Notes: generated by a model not told the origin, from the letters alone. A DNA stretch of 62,186 bases from Candidatus Acidiferrum sp. (GCA_035541055.1 DATKNZ010000504.1:1-62186); one strand, 5' to 3'; positions 9,467 to 18,769 are shown, numbered from the stretch's first letter. Numbers and translations are program-made.

Positions 9467-10507
9467 CTATTGGCGATTGGCTATGCCCTCCTCCCCTTCG
9501 TTCCCTTCGTTCCCTTGGTGTAGAACCTCCTCATACATCCTCGCGCTCAGTACCGGCGTCACATGCCGCTTGCGTCCGATCTCCACCGCCAGGTTCACCG
9601 CCTCCTCCGTAAACCACCCGTCGCCGTCCAGCCCCCAAATCCCCAACCCTTGGCCCAGCCATTCCGTCTTGCTGCACACATTGCGCTTGTTGGCGATTGT
9701 GCCCTCGATGCGAAACTCCTCCCGAAACGTCTTGCCCGTGTGGCACATCAGCCCCGAGTAATCCTTGTAGGAATACGAAATGTTCGCATACGTCGGGTTG
9801 CCCCGGTCGCACTGGCGCTGGTGCCGCTGGTACCGGGCGTAGGACGGATGCCGCCGCGTTTGCGCGTGCGCCGTGAACAGGATGTGGTTGCCCCAAATCG
9901 GGTGGTTCTGGTTCCAGCAGGGACGGCTGGTGCGGTCAATGAGCTGCTTGTTGATGCCATCGCTGCTCGCGTCCACGTGCGTCCATTCCTCCACCACCAG
10001 CACGTTGAGACGGATCGACCCTTGCGTCACCGCGTCCTTCATGAAGGACGGCGCCGGCATCAGCACCTTGCTCCCGTCGCGGAAGAACGCCTTGTAGCAC
10101 CCCGCCCCGTGTGCCGTCCCGTCACCGTCCTTCTGGTCGCCGTCGTCCAGCCGCGGCGGCCCGAGCTGCGCCCGGTAAAGCGGCGCCTGGATCTTCGAGA
10201 AGTATTCCCAAAACGTCAGCTTGCCCTGCTCGAATACCGGGTAATAGATCGCAATCTCCTGGTCGGGAATCAGGATCGCCCGCAGGTTCAGGAAAACCCA
10301 GTCCACGATGGTCTTGCCCGACGAAACCCCCGACGAATCAATCACGTTCTGCACCCACCAGTAGTAGCGGAGCCGCAGCGCCTGGAACGCGTCGAGCCGG
10401 ATGCCGAAGATGATCTCCGCAGCCATCACCGGGTCGCACAGGAAATCCGCCCACATCGTGGGCGTAATCCGCAACGACGGCGGCACCGATGGAACCAGAA
10501 TGTTCAC
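9467..10507 (-). CDS. Terminase large subunit, N-terminal ATPase domain (separate ORF)
   Basis: LDAFQ adenine-binding motif, Walker A SSGVSSGKT, Walker B LVVEE. Confidence 0.8.
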   Translation of the reverse strand: MNILVPSVPPSLRITPTMWADFLCDPVMAAEIIFGIRLDAFQALRLRYYWWVQNVIDSSGVSSGKTIVDWVFLNLRAILIPDQEIAIYYPVFEQGKLTFWEYFSKIQAPLYRAQLGPPRLDDGDQKDGDGTAHGAGCYKAFFRDGSKVLMPAPSFMKDAVTQGSIRLNVLVVEEWTHVDASSDGINKQLIDRTSRPCWNQNHPIWGNHILFTAHAQTRRHPSYARYQRHQRQCDRGNPTYANISYSYKDYSGLMCHTGKTFREEFRIEGTIANKRNVCSKTEWLGQGLGIWGLDGDGWFTEEAVNLAVEIGRKRHVTPVLSARMYEEVLHQGNEGNEGEEGIANRQ

Positions 10508-10886
10508 CTCGGCTATTGGCTATCGGCGATTGGCTATTCCCTGTCCGCCATCGGCCCTCACCTCTCAACCCACCTCGCGCAACACCGACTCCCATGTAAA
10601 CCCCGCTTTCTCCACCCACCCCTTCACGCCGCGCACCGCCGTCACACAAGCTGCCCGCCGCCGCCGGCAATCCCGGAACGCCCCGCGATCAAGCACCCTG
10701 TCTTCGGGAGGGCGAGCGTCCCCGCGAGCCCTGACTTCTCCCCGCTCCGCATTCCGGCCTTCGGCGCCAGCCCAACCAATGCGTCGCCCTTGGCTATCGG
10801 CTATCGGCGATTGGCTATTCCGGTCGGTCCGGTCCAGCCAGACGTTGCGTTTGTTTGTGTTACGGGGCGTATGGGGCTTATCCGTC

Positions 10887-12128
10887 TTATTTCGTCTCTT
10901 GTTGTACATGGTTCTCTTTCGATTGCTCCGGCCCGGCGGGTTTCGTCAGGTCCGGTAATTCTTCGTATTCCCCCTCGGGGCCGTCTGCGTTGAGGTCCGG
11001 CAGTTTCTTCGCCCCATCCGCTTCCCAGGAAGCCTGGTAGGCTTGGGTCCACGCCTCGCGCACATGCCGCAGCCCGGCGTGATGCAGCTCGGGGGCCCAG
11101 CGGAAATCCCACAAGTGCGCCTTGGCCTCCGTTGCAAAAAGCACAAAGCCCGCGCTGTAGTGCGGCACCGGGTTCTGCACGCTCGTGCGGCAGTCAATCA
11201 GCACCTCCGTCAGCGTGAAGATGCCGTCAATCAGCTCCGTCCCGCCCCGCGCCTTGTATTCCTGAATGGCCTTCGTCACGTCCCCCAGCGACCCGCCAAA
11301 ATTGTACTTCCCGGCAATCGCGCCCGCCCACGGGCATAGCTCCTTGATCTGCGCCAGCAGCTTTTGATACCGCTCCGATAGCGCCTGCCTCACCTTCAGG
11401 TTCGTATGCCACTGGCTGTCTCCCGGCTTGCATTTGTCCGGGTCGTTCATCAGCGCGTCGAGCTGGTAAATCCGCAGCTCCGTGATCAGCGTGTCCCGCG
11501 CCAGCACCGCCGCGAACTTCTCGTTCAGCGTCTTGCTGTAGTCCTGCACCCGTTGGCAGAACCACGCCTTCTCCGCCGACGAGCCGAACTTCAGCGCAAA
11601 GCCGTATTTCTCCAGCAGCTCCTCCTCGCTGAACAGCCCCGTCGGCTTCGGCGTGGCCTCCACCGGCGCGGGCGCTTCCTTCGGCCGCAACGCCTGCCAG
11701 GCCCCGCGCACCGCGTTCAATTCATCCCCGAGCTGCTTCCGCGTCAGGCCCAGCGCCTCCTGCAATTCCGGCCGCGTCCAGGGCCGCAAATCATCGAGCG
11801 ACGTCGTGGGCGGCGGCACCAGCGGCTGAATGCCGAACAGCCGCCGTGTCACCAGCCACCCCCGCTCGTTCACGTGCGCCGCCTGCACAAACTCGGCCAG
11901 CTCCTCGGCCTTCACCTCGAACTCGGCCGTCAGCGCATCAAACCGCCCGCAACGCCACGCCTGCCCCTCGTACCGAAATTCCACCAGCGGGTTCACCGCC
12001 GCCGGCGCGGACGGGGGCCCAGCCGGTGCAGACGTCTGCACGCCGCCCTCGCCGAAGACCAGTTGCCCTTCCCCTTGGCTATTGCCTACTGGCGATTGGT
12101 TATTCCCCGTCTTCATGCTCGGTTGCAC
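10887..12128 (-). CDS. Phage hypothetical protein (HTH-like segment; terminase small-subunit position)
   Basis: 413-aa ORF with phage-like codon use; WTRPELQEALGLTRKQL resembles an HTH. Confidence 0.6.
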   Translation of the reverse strand: MQPSMKTGNNQSPVGNSQGEGQLVFGEGGVQTSAPAGPPSAPAAVNPLVEFRYEGQAWRCGRFDALTAEFEVKAEELAEFVQAAHVNERGWLVTRRLFGIQPLVPPPTTSLDDLRPWTRPELQEALGLTRKQLGDELNAVRGAWQALRPKEAPAPVEATPKPTGLFSEEELLEKYGFALKFGSSAEKAWFCQRVQDYSKTLNEKFAAVLARDTLITELRIYQLDALMNDPDKCKPGDSQWHTNLKVRQALSERYQKLLAQIKELCPWAGAIAGKYNFGGSLGDVTKAIQEYKARGGTELIDGIFTLTEVLIDCRTSVQNPVPHYSAGFVLFATEAKAHLWDFRWAPELHHAGLRHVREAWTQAYQASWEADGAKKLPDLNADGPEGEYEELPDLTKPAGPEQSKENHVQQETK

Positions 12129-12205
12129 GGCTCGCGGTCAGGCAGCAGTTGCCCTTCTCCTTGGCTATTGGCGATTGGCTATTCCCTGACTTCATGCTCG
12201 GACCG

Positions 12206-12940
12206 TCAATTCTGCCCCTCCACGATCTGCACGATCTCCCCAAACTGCGGCAGCAGCTTCTCCGTCGTCGTCAGCATCGGGTGATTCCGGCGGCTCGCCA
12301 CGAAGTTGCAAACCCGGTTGATCTCCTCGTCCGTAAAGCGCCGCAGCACCTTGAGCGCGTCCTGCACCAGCCCCTCGCTGTAGCCGTGCGTCGGACGCGC
12401 GTTCTTGAACAGCGCGTTGTCGCACGACACGATCAGCCGCACCACCCTCTGCCGCGTCTCCGGGTCGAGCGGCTCATTGTGCTCGTCCACCATCTTCGAC
12501 TCCGCGATCAGCAGCGCCTGCTGGAACGCCTCACCCGGGGCCTTCCTCTGCCGCAGGCTGTAGGCCCGCATGTCCCCGCCCCGCTGCGCCTGGTTGCGCG
12601 GCATGCAGGCCGCCCCGTGCAGGTTCGCAAACCGCGGACAAACCCAGTCCGTCCCGTCCGCCTTCAGCAGCCGGCTCCGCACGAGCAGCTCCCAGCAATC
12701 GGGAGGGCGAGCGTCTCCGCGGGCCCTGATATTCTCCTGCCCCGGCACATTGATCGCCGCCACAAATGCGGGCCGGTCCTCGTTGCGAATCCTCCCGGGC
12801 GCCAGCCCCTCCTCCGTGAAATACGCCAGCTCGCGCCAGACGACCCACCACAGCCACAAGGCATTCGCCGGCCCCAATTCTCCCTCCAGCACCCGGAAGG
12901 GGGGAAGACTCATCAGGTCAACTGGCAACTGCACGATCAC
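12206..12940 (-). CDS. Phage hypothetical protein
   Basis: 244-aa ORF co-oriented with the operon; carries an in-frame REP-like insertion (RARGDARPP). Confidence 0.6.
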   Translation of the reverse strand: MIVQLPVDLMSLPPFRVLEGELGPANALWLWWVVWRELAYFTEEGLAPGRIRNEDRPAFVAAINVPGQENIRARGDARPPDCWELLVRSRLLKADGTDWVCPRFANLHGAACMPRNQAQRGGDMRAYSLRQRKAPGEAFQQALLIAESKMVDEHNEPLDPETRQRVVRLIVSCDNALFKNARPTHGYSEGLVQDALKVLRRFTDEEINRVCNFVASRRNHPMLTTTEKLLPQFGEIVQIVEGQN

Positions 12941-13077
12941 GGCATGGTGGGAGCGCCCGGGCTGTCCTCTTACGCTCCTTTATCTCCGAAACCGCTCTCG
13001 CCGTCAACAGCTAAATGTTACTTCCTCACCGCGCAATTCACCCGGTGCACGGCCCACTACCGCCAGCGGTTGCGAGA

Positions 13078-13093
13078 TGTTCCACGTGGAACA
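13078..13093. promoter_or_regulatory. parS: Canonical chromosomal-type parS site
   Basis: TGTTCCACGTGGAACA, a perfect 16-bp palindrome matching the widespread bacterial parS consensus; intergenic. Confidence 0.8.
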
Positions 13094-13146
13094 TTCTCGA
13101 CGGTGACCGGGGGCAGGCACCCCCGCCGCGCACGCTACGATGAGGC

Positions 13147-13252
13147 TTGACCTTTTCGCACCAGAGCAGGTAAGCTGCGCCTTATGAAGGTCCTGGCGCA
13201 AGCGGGGGTCCGCGCTATACGAACCAATGGTCTGTATAATCAATAGTTCGGC
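13147..13252 (+). promoter_or_regulatory. Pc-like promoter + attI-like site (copy B)
   Basis: TTGACC-18 nt-TAAGCT, TATGAAGGTC, GGGGGTCCG, TATACGAACCAATGGTCTGTATA, then GTTCGGC (13246-13252) 6 nt before the cassette ATG. Confidence 0.7.
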
Positions 13253-13258
13253 GAAAGC

Positions 13259-13552
13259 ATGAAACTGCCCCACGAAGTGAGCGGAGCACTGAGGACGTTC
13301 TCGTATTTTCTCGCGAGCGGAACGCATTACCTGCTCGAGGGTGTTCCTTACCTGGACCTATACGGGAAAGAGCCAAGCGCCATCGAGCAGACTTATGCGA
13401 TTTTCGCGAACGTCCTTGAGGTGGATGAGAATGGCAAGGTCACGAATCTGAAGCATGCTGAGAAGAGGGCGACCGATTACCTGCGTTCGTATTGCGATCC
13501 TGCTTTTCGCGTTGAGCCGCCGTTCGAAAATTGGGAAGTTGAACTCCATTGA
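13259..13552 (+). CDS. Integron cassette gene, 97-aa hypothetical protein
   Basis: Compact ORF between GTTCGGC and an attC; lower GC; opposite strand to the phage operon. Confidence 0.8.
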   Translation: MKLPHEVSGALRTFSYFLASGTHYLLEGVPYLDLYGKEPSAIEQTYAIFANVLEVDENGKVTNLKHAEKRATDYLRSYCDPAFRVEPPFENWEVELH

Positions 13553-13559
13553 TGAAAGA

Positions 13560-13649
13560 GCCGAACCTGTCGCGTCAGCCAACGCCGGGAGAGCGTCTCG
13601 GTTTAAATTGGACGTCAGTGGCCCGGCGTGGCTGCGCTCATCGTTCGGC
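13560..13649 (+). other. attC site
   Basis: R'' GCCGAAC, L'' GCGTCAGC, CAACGCCGGG...CCCGGCGTG, L' GCTGCGC, R' GTTCGGC; extrahelical T and A; 90 bp. Confidence 0.9.
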
Positions 13650-13664
13650 GACACGTGGCGCAGC

Positions 13665-13958
13665 ATGAGAAACCTCGGATTGACCTTCTTGATCGTCGGC
13701 TTCCTCTGGATCGCTTGGGACTGCGCTGAAGGCTTTGTGGGCTACCAGTACACGCACTGGATCTGGCAAACGCAGCACTTGCCTGCGGGTGAGACCATCA
13801 AACGCACTGACGCCGAGGGGGCCATGCGGGCGTTGAGTCTGAAGTTGAAAAACCGGCACCGAGAGATTCTCGTCCCGGCGCTGGTCATGTTTGTAGGAGG
13901 CTTGATTCTGGGATTCAGCCGGAGCCCGATAGCCGAACGAGCCGCTTCACCCCTATGA
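13665..13958 (+). CDS. Integron cassette gene, two-TM membrane protein
   Basis: MRNLGLTFLIVGFLWIAW...ILVPALVMFVGGLILGF; starts 15 nt after the attC R' box. Confidence 0.75.
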   Translation: MRNLGLTFLIVGFLWIAWDCAEGFVGYQYTHWIWQTQHLPAGETIKRTDAEGAMRALSLKLKNRHREILVPALVMFVGGLILGFSRSPIAERAASPL

Positions 13959-14033
13959 GGGTTGTCAAGAGCGTCGTTCGGTTGGGCAAACCGGAGCCAA
14001 GCGGCGCGGAGCCGCTGGTCGTGGCCGTTAAAC
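13932..14033 (+). other. Degenerate attC-like site
   Basis: R'' GCCGAAC (complementary to the cassette's GTTCGGC) pairs with TCGTTCGGT at 13974-13982; alternative R' GTTAAAC at 14027-14033; L boxes are poor. Confidence 0.4.
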
Positions 14034-14037
14034 CAGC

Positions 14038-14577
14038 ATGAACACAATGGATACTCCTCCGGTTATTGCGCGTTCTGTTCGGTTCTCACTCGATAGGTGG
14101 GATGTTCTGCGTTGCCGGCTTTGGGTGGTGGCGCACAACCGCAAGCTCGTGACCATTCTTCTGCTTGTTTGTATAGCGGTTCCCGCCCTGACTTATCACA
14201 CCCCCGAAGGCGTCCGTTTCCCTTTGGCTTATTGTGTGTTTTACTTTGTGATAACGGCCGCTGTTATGTTGGCTTTGAATGCTGTTTTTCAAGTGGCGTT
14301 CCACACGGTTTGGCTCTTCCTTAACAAGAATCCCGGAGTGGTCGGCGAGCACGAGTTTATTATTCAAGACGACGGGCTGGTGGAGAAGACACCCTTCAAC
14401 GAATCTTTGCATCGTTGGGCGGGCTTTCAGAGAATTGCTTCTTCGCCTAATTATTTGTTTCTCTTCGTGGCAGGCAATATCGTGCACTACATTCCGTTAA
14501 GGATCTTTGCATCCAAAGAAGAGGCTGGCAGCTTTCGGGCGGAACTCCAAAGAAGGGCGGATGCTGTCAGCAAATAG
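14038..14577 (+). CDS. YcxB-like membrane protein (probable cassette gene)
   Basis: Two TMs, then G.HEFII.DDGL...W..FQRI...NYLFLF...HYIPLRIF, typical of the YcxB C-terminal domain. Confidence 0.75.
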   Translation: MNTMDTPPVIARSVRFSLDRWDVLRCRLWVVAHNRKLVTILLLVCIAVPALTYHTPEGVRFPLAYCVFYFVITAAVMLALNAVFQVAFHTVWLFLNKNPGVVGEHEFIIQDDGLVEKTPFNESLHRWAGFQRIASSPNYLFLFVAGNIVHYIPLRIFASKEEAGSFRAELQRRADAVSK

Positions 14578-14670
14578 CGGCGGCCCGCATCTGTTCGCGA
14601 CTCCCGGCGCTTGCGTCCCTGTCGTCGCTTCCGTCCCTTGGCTATCGCCTCCCTGCAGACGTCTGCACGC

Positions 14671-15414
14671 TCAATAGTCGCTATCCCAATCCGGGAACCA
14701 CGGCGGATTGCCCGGGTTGCCCCTATAGATGGTGGTAAACGGCAGCCAGTTCGCCACGTTGTCGGAACCACCGGAGGCGTTCAGTGTGCCGGTGTAGTCT
14801 GCTGGGTCCGTCGCCTCGGGCAAAAACCATCGGCTCACAATCCCATACCGCTCTACCGGCGTCGTCGGCGCCAGAAAGTCCAGGTAGTCCGTCACCCCCG
14901 GCAGCTCGATCTGCTCCGCCTGAGCCCATAGGTCGTAATCATTGCAGGAGCTACAACGCAGCATCAGCCCCTTGGCCGGCCCCCACAGCCGAAACTTCGA
15001 GATCAGCCCCAGTCCGCCGGTAGGCGAGGTCCACTGCCGAAACGAGGCCACCGTAATGCTCGGCGCCAGCTCTGGCAGCACGTACCATCCGTTCGACCCC
15101 GACACTGCCCACCGTTGTCCCAGGTGCCGCCGGATCAGCCCCGTTGACGGCGTGTCGGTCACCATCACCGTCCCCGGCGGCGGACTCCATCCCGTTACGC
15201 TCGTCGGCTGCGCGGGCCGCGGCTGACCGTAAGCCGCGGTATACGAGTAGATCATGTAGTACCCCCGCGTCGGGTTCGGAAACGGAATGTCCTCAATCGA
15301 AACATTCCCCACGATCTGCACGATGGACGGCATCGGCGAAAACGACGCCAGCCCCTTCGTCCCGCTGGTCCCCAACTGGATCACCTGGCTCGGCCCCATC
15401 GTCAGCGCATCCAT
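14671..15414 (-). CDS. Phage structural hypothetical protein
   Basis: 247-aa beta-rich ORF following the large virion protein. Confidence 0.55.
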   Translation of the reverse strand: MDALTMGPSQVIQLGTSGTKGLASFSPMPSIVQIVGNVSIEDIPFPNPTRGYYMIYSYTAAYGQPRPAQPTSVTGWSPPPGTVMVTDTPSTGLIRRHLGQRWAVSGSNGWYVLPELAPSITVASFRQWTSPTGGLGLISKFRLWGPAKGLMLRCSSCNDYDLWAQAEQIELPGVTDYLDFLAPTTPVERYGIVSRWFLPEATDPADYTGTLNASGGSDNVANWLPFTTIYRGNPGNPPWFPDWDSDY

Positions 15415-15439
15415 ATCAGTCTCCTTCGGCTCTCAACCC

Positions 15440-18400
15440 TCAACTCACCTGCGACACCGAGACCTCGCCCCATTCCCGTGCCGTGTTGTCCTCCCGGTAT
15501 TTGATCTCGACGTCCAGGACCTTGCCGTTCGGCCATCCCGTACTGTCCAGTTGCGGCTGGTATTGGTCCGTGTGGTCCGCCGCCTGGACGTAGATCACGT
15601 CGCCCACATTGAACCGCTTGTACATCTTGTGCTGCGCCACCCACTCTATCCCATTCGCGTCCGTCCACCTCGCCGTCCGCGTGTTATCGTCGGTATAGAC
15701 GTAGCTGTATGTGATCCCGTCAATCGTCTCCGCGGCCGGCATCTGCGCCGGGTCGGTCTTGGCGATCCAGAACGGGCTGCCCCACTCGTTGCCCGCGTTA
15801 TACTTGATCACGTAGATCACCCCGGGCGCGTTGATCGGGTAGGGCGGTTGCGCGTTCGGATCGCCCTTGGGATTCTTCACCCCGTTGAACAACTGCTTGA
15901 TCCGGCATTGCATGGTGCCTCCCAGCGTCGTGCCCGCCCCGCCCACCCGCACCTGCACCAAACCGATGCTCGTGCTGGTGATCGGCTCCAGCACGTTGCC
16001 CACGGCTAACTTCGGGTTGCCGGTCAGATACGCCTGCACGCCGGTCGTGTCCGGCGGCAGCCCCACCGGATCATTGGTGCTCACCGGCCCCTTCACCCGC
16101 GCATAGATGACACCGCCGTCTCCCGTTGCGGTCACGTGCAGCGGCCCGTTCACCGGTTGCCCGTCCAGCACCGTCACCCCCACAAACACCGGGTCACTCG
16201 CCACCACCTCGCCCACCGCGCCCAGCGGCGAGAGCACCACCCGCTCGCCCGACTCTTTGAACAGCGGCGTCCCGGCCCGCAGCGTTTGCACCTCGGGCGC
16301 CCCGGCCGCCTTGGCTATCGGCGATTGGCTATTGGCTATGCCGCCAGAACCGGTCTTCATCCCCGCGAGCCCTGTCTCTCTCCTTGGATGTTGGATGTTG
16401 GATGTTGGATGTTGGATGTTTCCCCCTCTCTTCGTTTCCTCCCCCGGGAGGGCGAGCGTCCCCGCGAGCCCTGACTTCTCCGTCTCGGCTATCGGCGATT
16501 GGCTATTGGCTATTCCGCCAGAACTGGTCTTCATCCCCGCGAGCCCCGTCTCTCCCCTTGGATGTTGGATGTTGGATGTTGGATGTTGGATGTTCCCCGT
16601 TCTCTTCGCCTCCAGCATGTCCGGGTCCACGTAGGCCGTCGCCGGCATCGCGTCCAGCCCGAATGCCATCGCAAACGCTTCCAGCAGCGTCCGCGCCATC
16701 TTCGGATTCTGCCGCAAGCTCGCTCCCACGAGCCGCAACTGCCTCGCTTCCTCGCGCAGCTCGCGCTGTCCCGGCAGCAAATTGATCAACTGCGCCCGGC
16801 GGTCAAAGTCCCGCTCGGGCGGCACGTGCAGCACCAGGCCCCCGCCAAAACCCGGCGAAACATTCCGGTCGCGCTCGGCCGAATAATCCACCTCCTCGGT
16901 CGCCCCGTCAGGCCCGTAGCGCACCGTCACCCCCCCGATCACCTCCGAAAGCTGCGTCCCGTCAATGCCCTGGATCGTGTGCCCGCCCTGCGCGTAAGTG
17001 AACTGCTGGTTCAACAGGCTCTCCGCGATCCCCAGCGCCTTCTCATTCGCCGTTAGCCCGTCCGCAAAGGGCAGCTCCTCGACGGAGGAGCCGTCCGCTT
17101 CCACCACAAAATGCCCGTTCAGCCCCTGCACGTTCACGACATCATCCTTGGTGCCCACGCCCGCGATGTAGCTGTATGGTTCGCCCGCGAAGATCAAAGC
17201 TGCCCGCACCCGTGGCGTGTTGAACTTCGGCGTCGCGCTCATCACCGGGTAATCGCTCAGGTCCGCGCTCTGCTTGATGAGGTCCGCCGAGTTGATGACC
17301 GGCGCGTCGAACAGGATGAACTTCACCCCCTCGCCGCTGTCGTCCACTTGGAACGTGCAGCGCTGCCATGTGTTCTGCCCGGCTATCCACTGGTTGAGCT
17401 GGAAATGCTCGGGCCGCAGCGTCTTATAGCCGTCCTGCCCCACTTGGTAGCCCTGGCAGATCGCATAGCCGTTGCTCGCCGAAATCACATCCTGCTCCCA
17501 GGTCATTTGCCCGGTCACCGGGTCATGCGTCACCTCCACCAACCCCTGCTCCACCAGCTCCAGCGCCCACAAGTTCAGGTTCTGCCTGTACGCATTGTAG
17601 AGCATGAACGAGCGCGGAGGACGGAAGGCGCGAAACACCACCATCGCGATATACAGCGCCGCCGGCATTTGCAGCCGCGAGCGTCCGCCCAGCTTGCGAA
17701 AATCTCGGAAGTCCGCCCCATCCGCCGAGGCCCGCGCATCGCGTAGCGCCGCGTATGCCCCCACCGTGATCGTGCGCGATCGAGCTTGCGCCAGGTAGCG
17801 TCCGATCAGGTTCCCTTCATCTCCCGGAATGGCGTTGTAGCGTGTCCCGGCGTCAATCCCCGCGCACGGCGTGTCCAGCGCCTCGTTGTCGAAAATGTCC
17901 GCCGCCAGCGCGTCGAGGTTCCAGAACGCCTGCCACGCCGGAAGCCAGTCCGCCTCCAGCTCCAGGTTCATCACCTGGTACAGGTCGCGCTCGCCCAGCA
18001 GCCGGATGCGGCTCGGGTTGCCGCTCAGCGTGCTGCCGGTGCGCCGGTTGTCTGAATCGGGCGGAGCCGTGGGGGTCGCGCCCGCTCCGCGCACGCACCA
18101 AACCAGATTATACCGCCCGCCCATCAGCGTGAACTGGCAGCCCAGCGCCTCGCTCAGCTCCACCAGGCACGCCCCCAGCTTCTTCCCGCTCAGGCAATCG
18201 AAGTCATAAACCGGTTGCTCCAGTGCCGGATGATAGACCCGCGTCCAGGGCGACTCGCACGTCGGCGAGCCAAACAGCGCGTCCATGATCTCGATGGCCG
18301 TCAGCGGCCCGTCCGTGTAGGTCTTGCTCTGCGAGTTGAAGTCCTTCGGGTAAATGTGCCAGTAGTGCCGCTTCCAGACAAAGTTGCCCGTCCCATCGTC

Positions 18401-18769
18401 CACCAACCGCGACTCACGCTTGTTGAACGCGCAATACATCACGTCCCACTGCAGCAGCTCCCGGCTGTCCACAAACTCCTGCATCACCGAAATCCCGTCG
18501 CTGCCCAGCACCGGCGCCACCTGCTTGCAGATCCCGTAGAACGTGTGCCGCACCTCGCCCGAAGCCGTGTGGATCATCTCGATGGTCAGCGCCGCCAGCG
18601 GTTGCAGGTCGGGCGTCGCGCCGGTCACCCATTCGATCAGCGCCGTCGCGGGCTGCAAGCCCCAGCTCCATCGGCAGACGCATGAGGCGGCCGCGTATTC
18701 CATGCTGGGTTGATCGCCGCTCCCTCGCTCCGCCCCGGCTACCGTCACTCGCACCGTGTAATCGTTCAT
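15440..18769 (-). CDS. Large virion (tail tip/baseplate-like) protein with in-frame repeat insert
   Basis: About 1110-aa beta-rich ORF; residues encoded by ~16300-16600 are repeat-derived. Confidence 0.6.
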   Translation of the reverse strand: MNDYTVRVTVAGAERGSGDQPSMEYAAASCVCRWSWGLQPATALIEWVTGATPDLQPLAALTIEMIHTASGEVRHTFYGICKQVAPVLGSDGISVMQEFVDSRELLQWDVMYCAFNKRESRLVDDGTGNFVWKRHYWHIYPKDFNSQSKTYTDGPLTAIEIMDALFGSPTCESPWTRVYHPALEQPVYDFDCLSGKKLGACLVELSEALGCQFTLMGGRYNLVWCVRGAGATPTAPPDSDNRRTGSTLSGNPSRIRLLGERDLYQVMNLELEADWLPAWQAFWNLDALAADIFDNEALDTPCAGIDAGTRYNAIPGDEGNLIGRYLAQARSRTITVGAYAALRDARASADGADFRDFRKLGGRSRLQMPAALYIAMVVFRAFRPPRSFMLYNAYRQNLNLWALELVEQGLVEVTHDPVTGQMTWEQDVISASNGYAICQGYQVGQDGYKTLRPEHFQLNQWIAGQNTWQRCTFQVDDSGEGVKFILFDAPVINSADLIKQSADLSDYPVMSATPKFNTPRVRAALIFAGEPYSYIAGVGTKDDVVNVQGLNGHFVVEADGSSVEELPFADGLTANEKALGIAESLLNQQFTYAQGGHTIQGIDGTQLSEVIGGVTVRYGPDGATEEVDYSAERDRNVSPGFGGGLVLHVPPERDFDRRAQLINLLPGQRELREEARQLRLVGASLRQNPKMARTLLEAFAMAFGLDAMPATAYVDPDMLEAKRTGNIQHPTSNIQHPRGETGLAGMKTSSGGIANSQSPIAETEKSGLAGTLALPGEETKRGGNIQHPTSNIQHPRRETGLAGMKTGSGGIANSQSPIAKAAGAPEVQTLRAGTPLFKESGERVVLSPLGAVGEVVASDPVFVGVTVLDGQPVNGPLHVTATGDGGVIYARVKGPVSTNDPVGLPPDTTGVQAYLTGNPKLAVGNVLEPITSTSIGLVQVRVGGAGTTLGGTMQCRIKQLFNGVKNPKGDPNAQPPYPINAPGVIYVIKYNAGNEWGSPFWIAKTDPAQMPAAETIDGITYSYVYTDDNTRTARWTDANGIEWVAQHKMYKRFNVGDVIYVQAADHTDQYQPQLDSTGWPNGKVLDVEIKYREDNTAREWGEVSVSQVS
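16313..16598 (+). repeat. ~112-bp direct repeat (16313-16424 / 16487-16598) built from GGCTATY, REP-like and GGATGTT units
   Basis: Offset 174 bp (58 codons); encodes NIQHPTSNIQHP...IANSQSPIA twice. Confidence 0.9.

Noticed and set aside
9434..9469. Amber (TAG) recoding that would fuse the terminase halves
   Set aside because: In-frame repeat copies elsewhere avoid TAG, and the gene at 26425-27381 ends in TAG right before a terminator, so TAG behaves as a stop.
10565..10909. Short ORFs made largely of repeats (also 18947-19267)
   Set aside because: The translations are dominated by repeat-derived peptides; coding status is unsupported.
13078..13093. Verrucomicrobial LexA box
   Set aside because: That motif is TGTTC-N4-GAACA; here the spacer is 6 nt and the sequence matches parS exactly.
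14578..14640. Third attC after the YcxB-like gene
   Set aside because: No convincing R''/R' pair or L boxes were found.
16313..16598. Diversity-generating retroelement TR/VR pair (also 46662/47365)
   Set aside because: No reverse transcriptase in the window, and mismatches are not confined to adenines.
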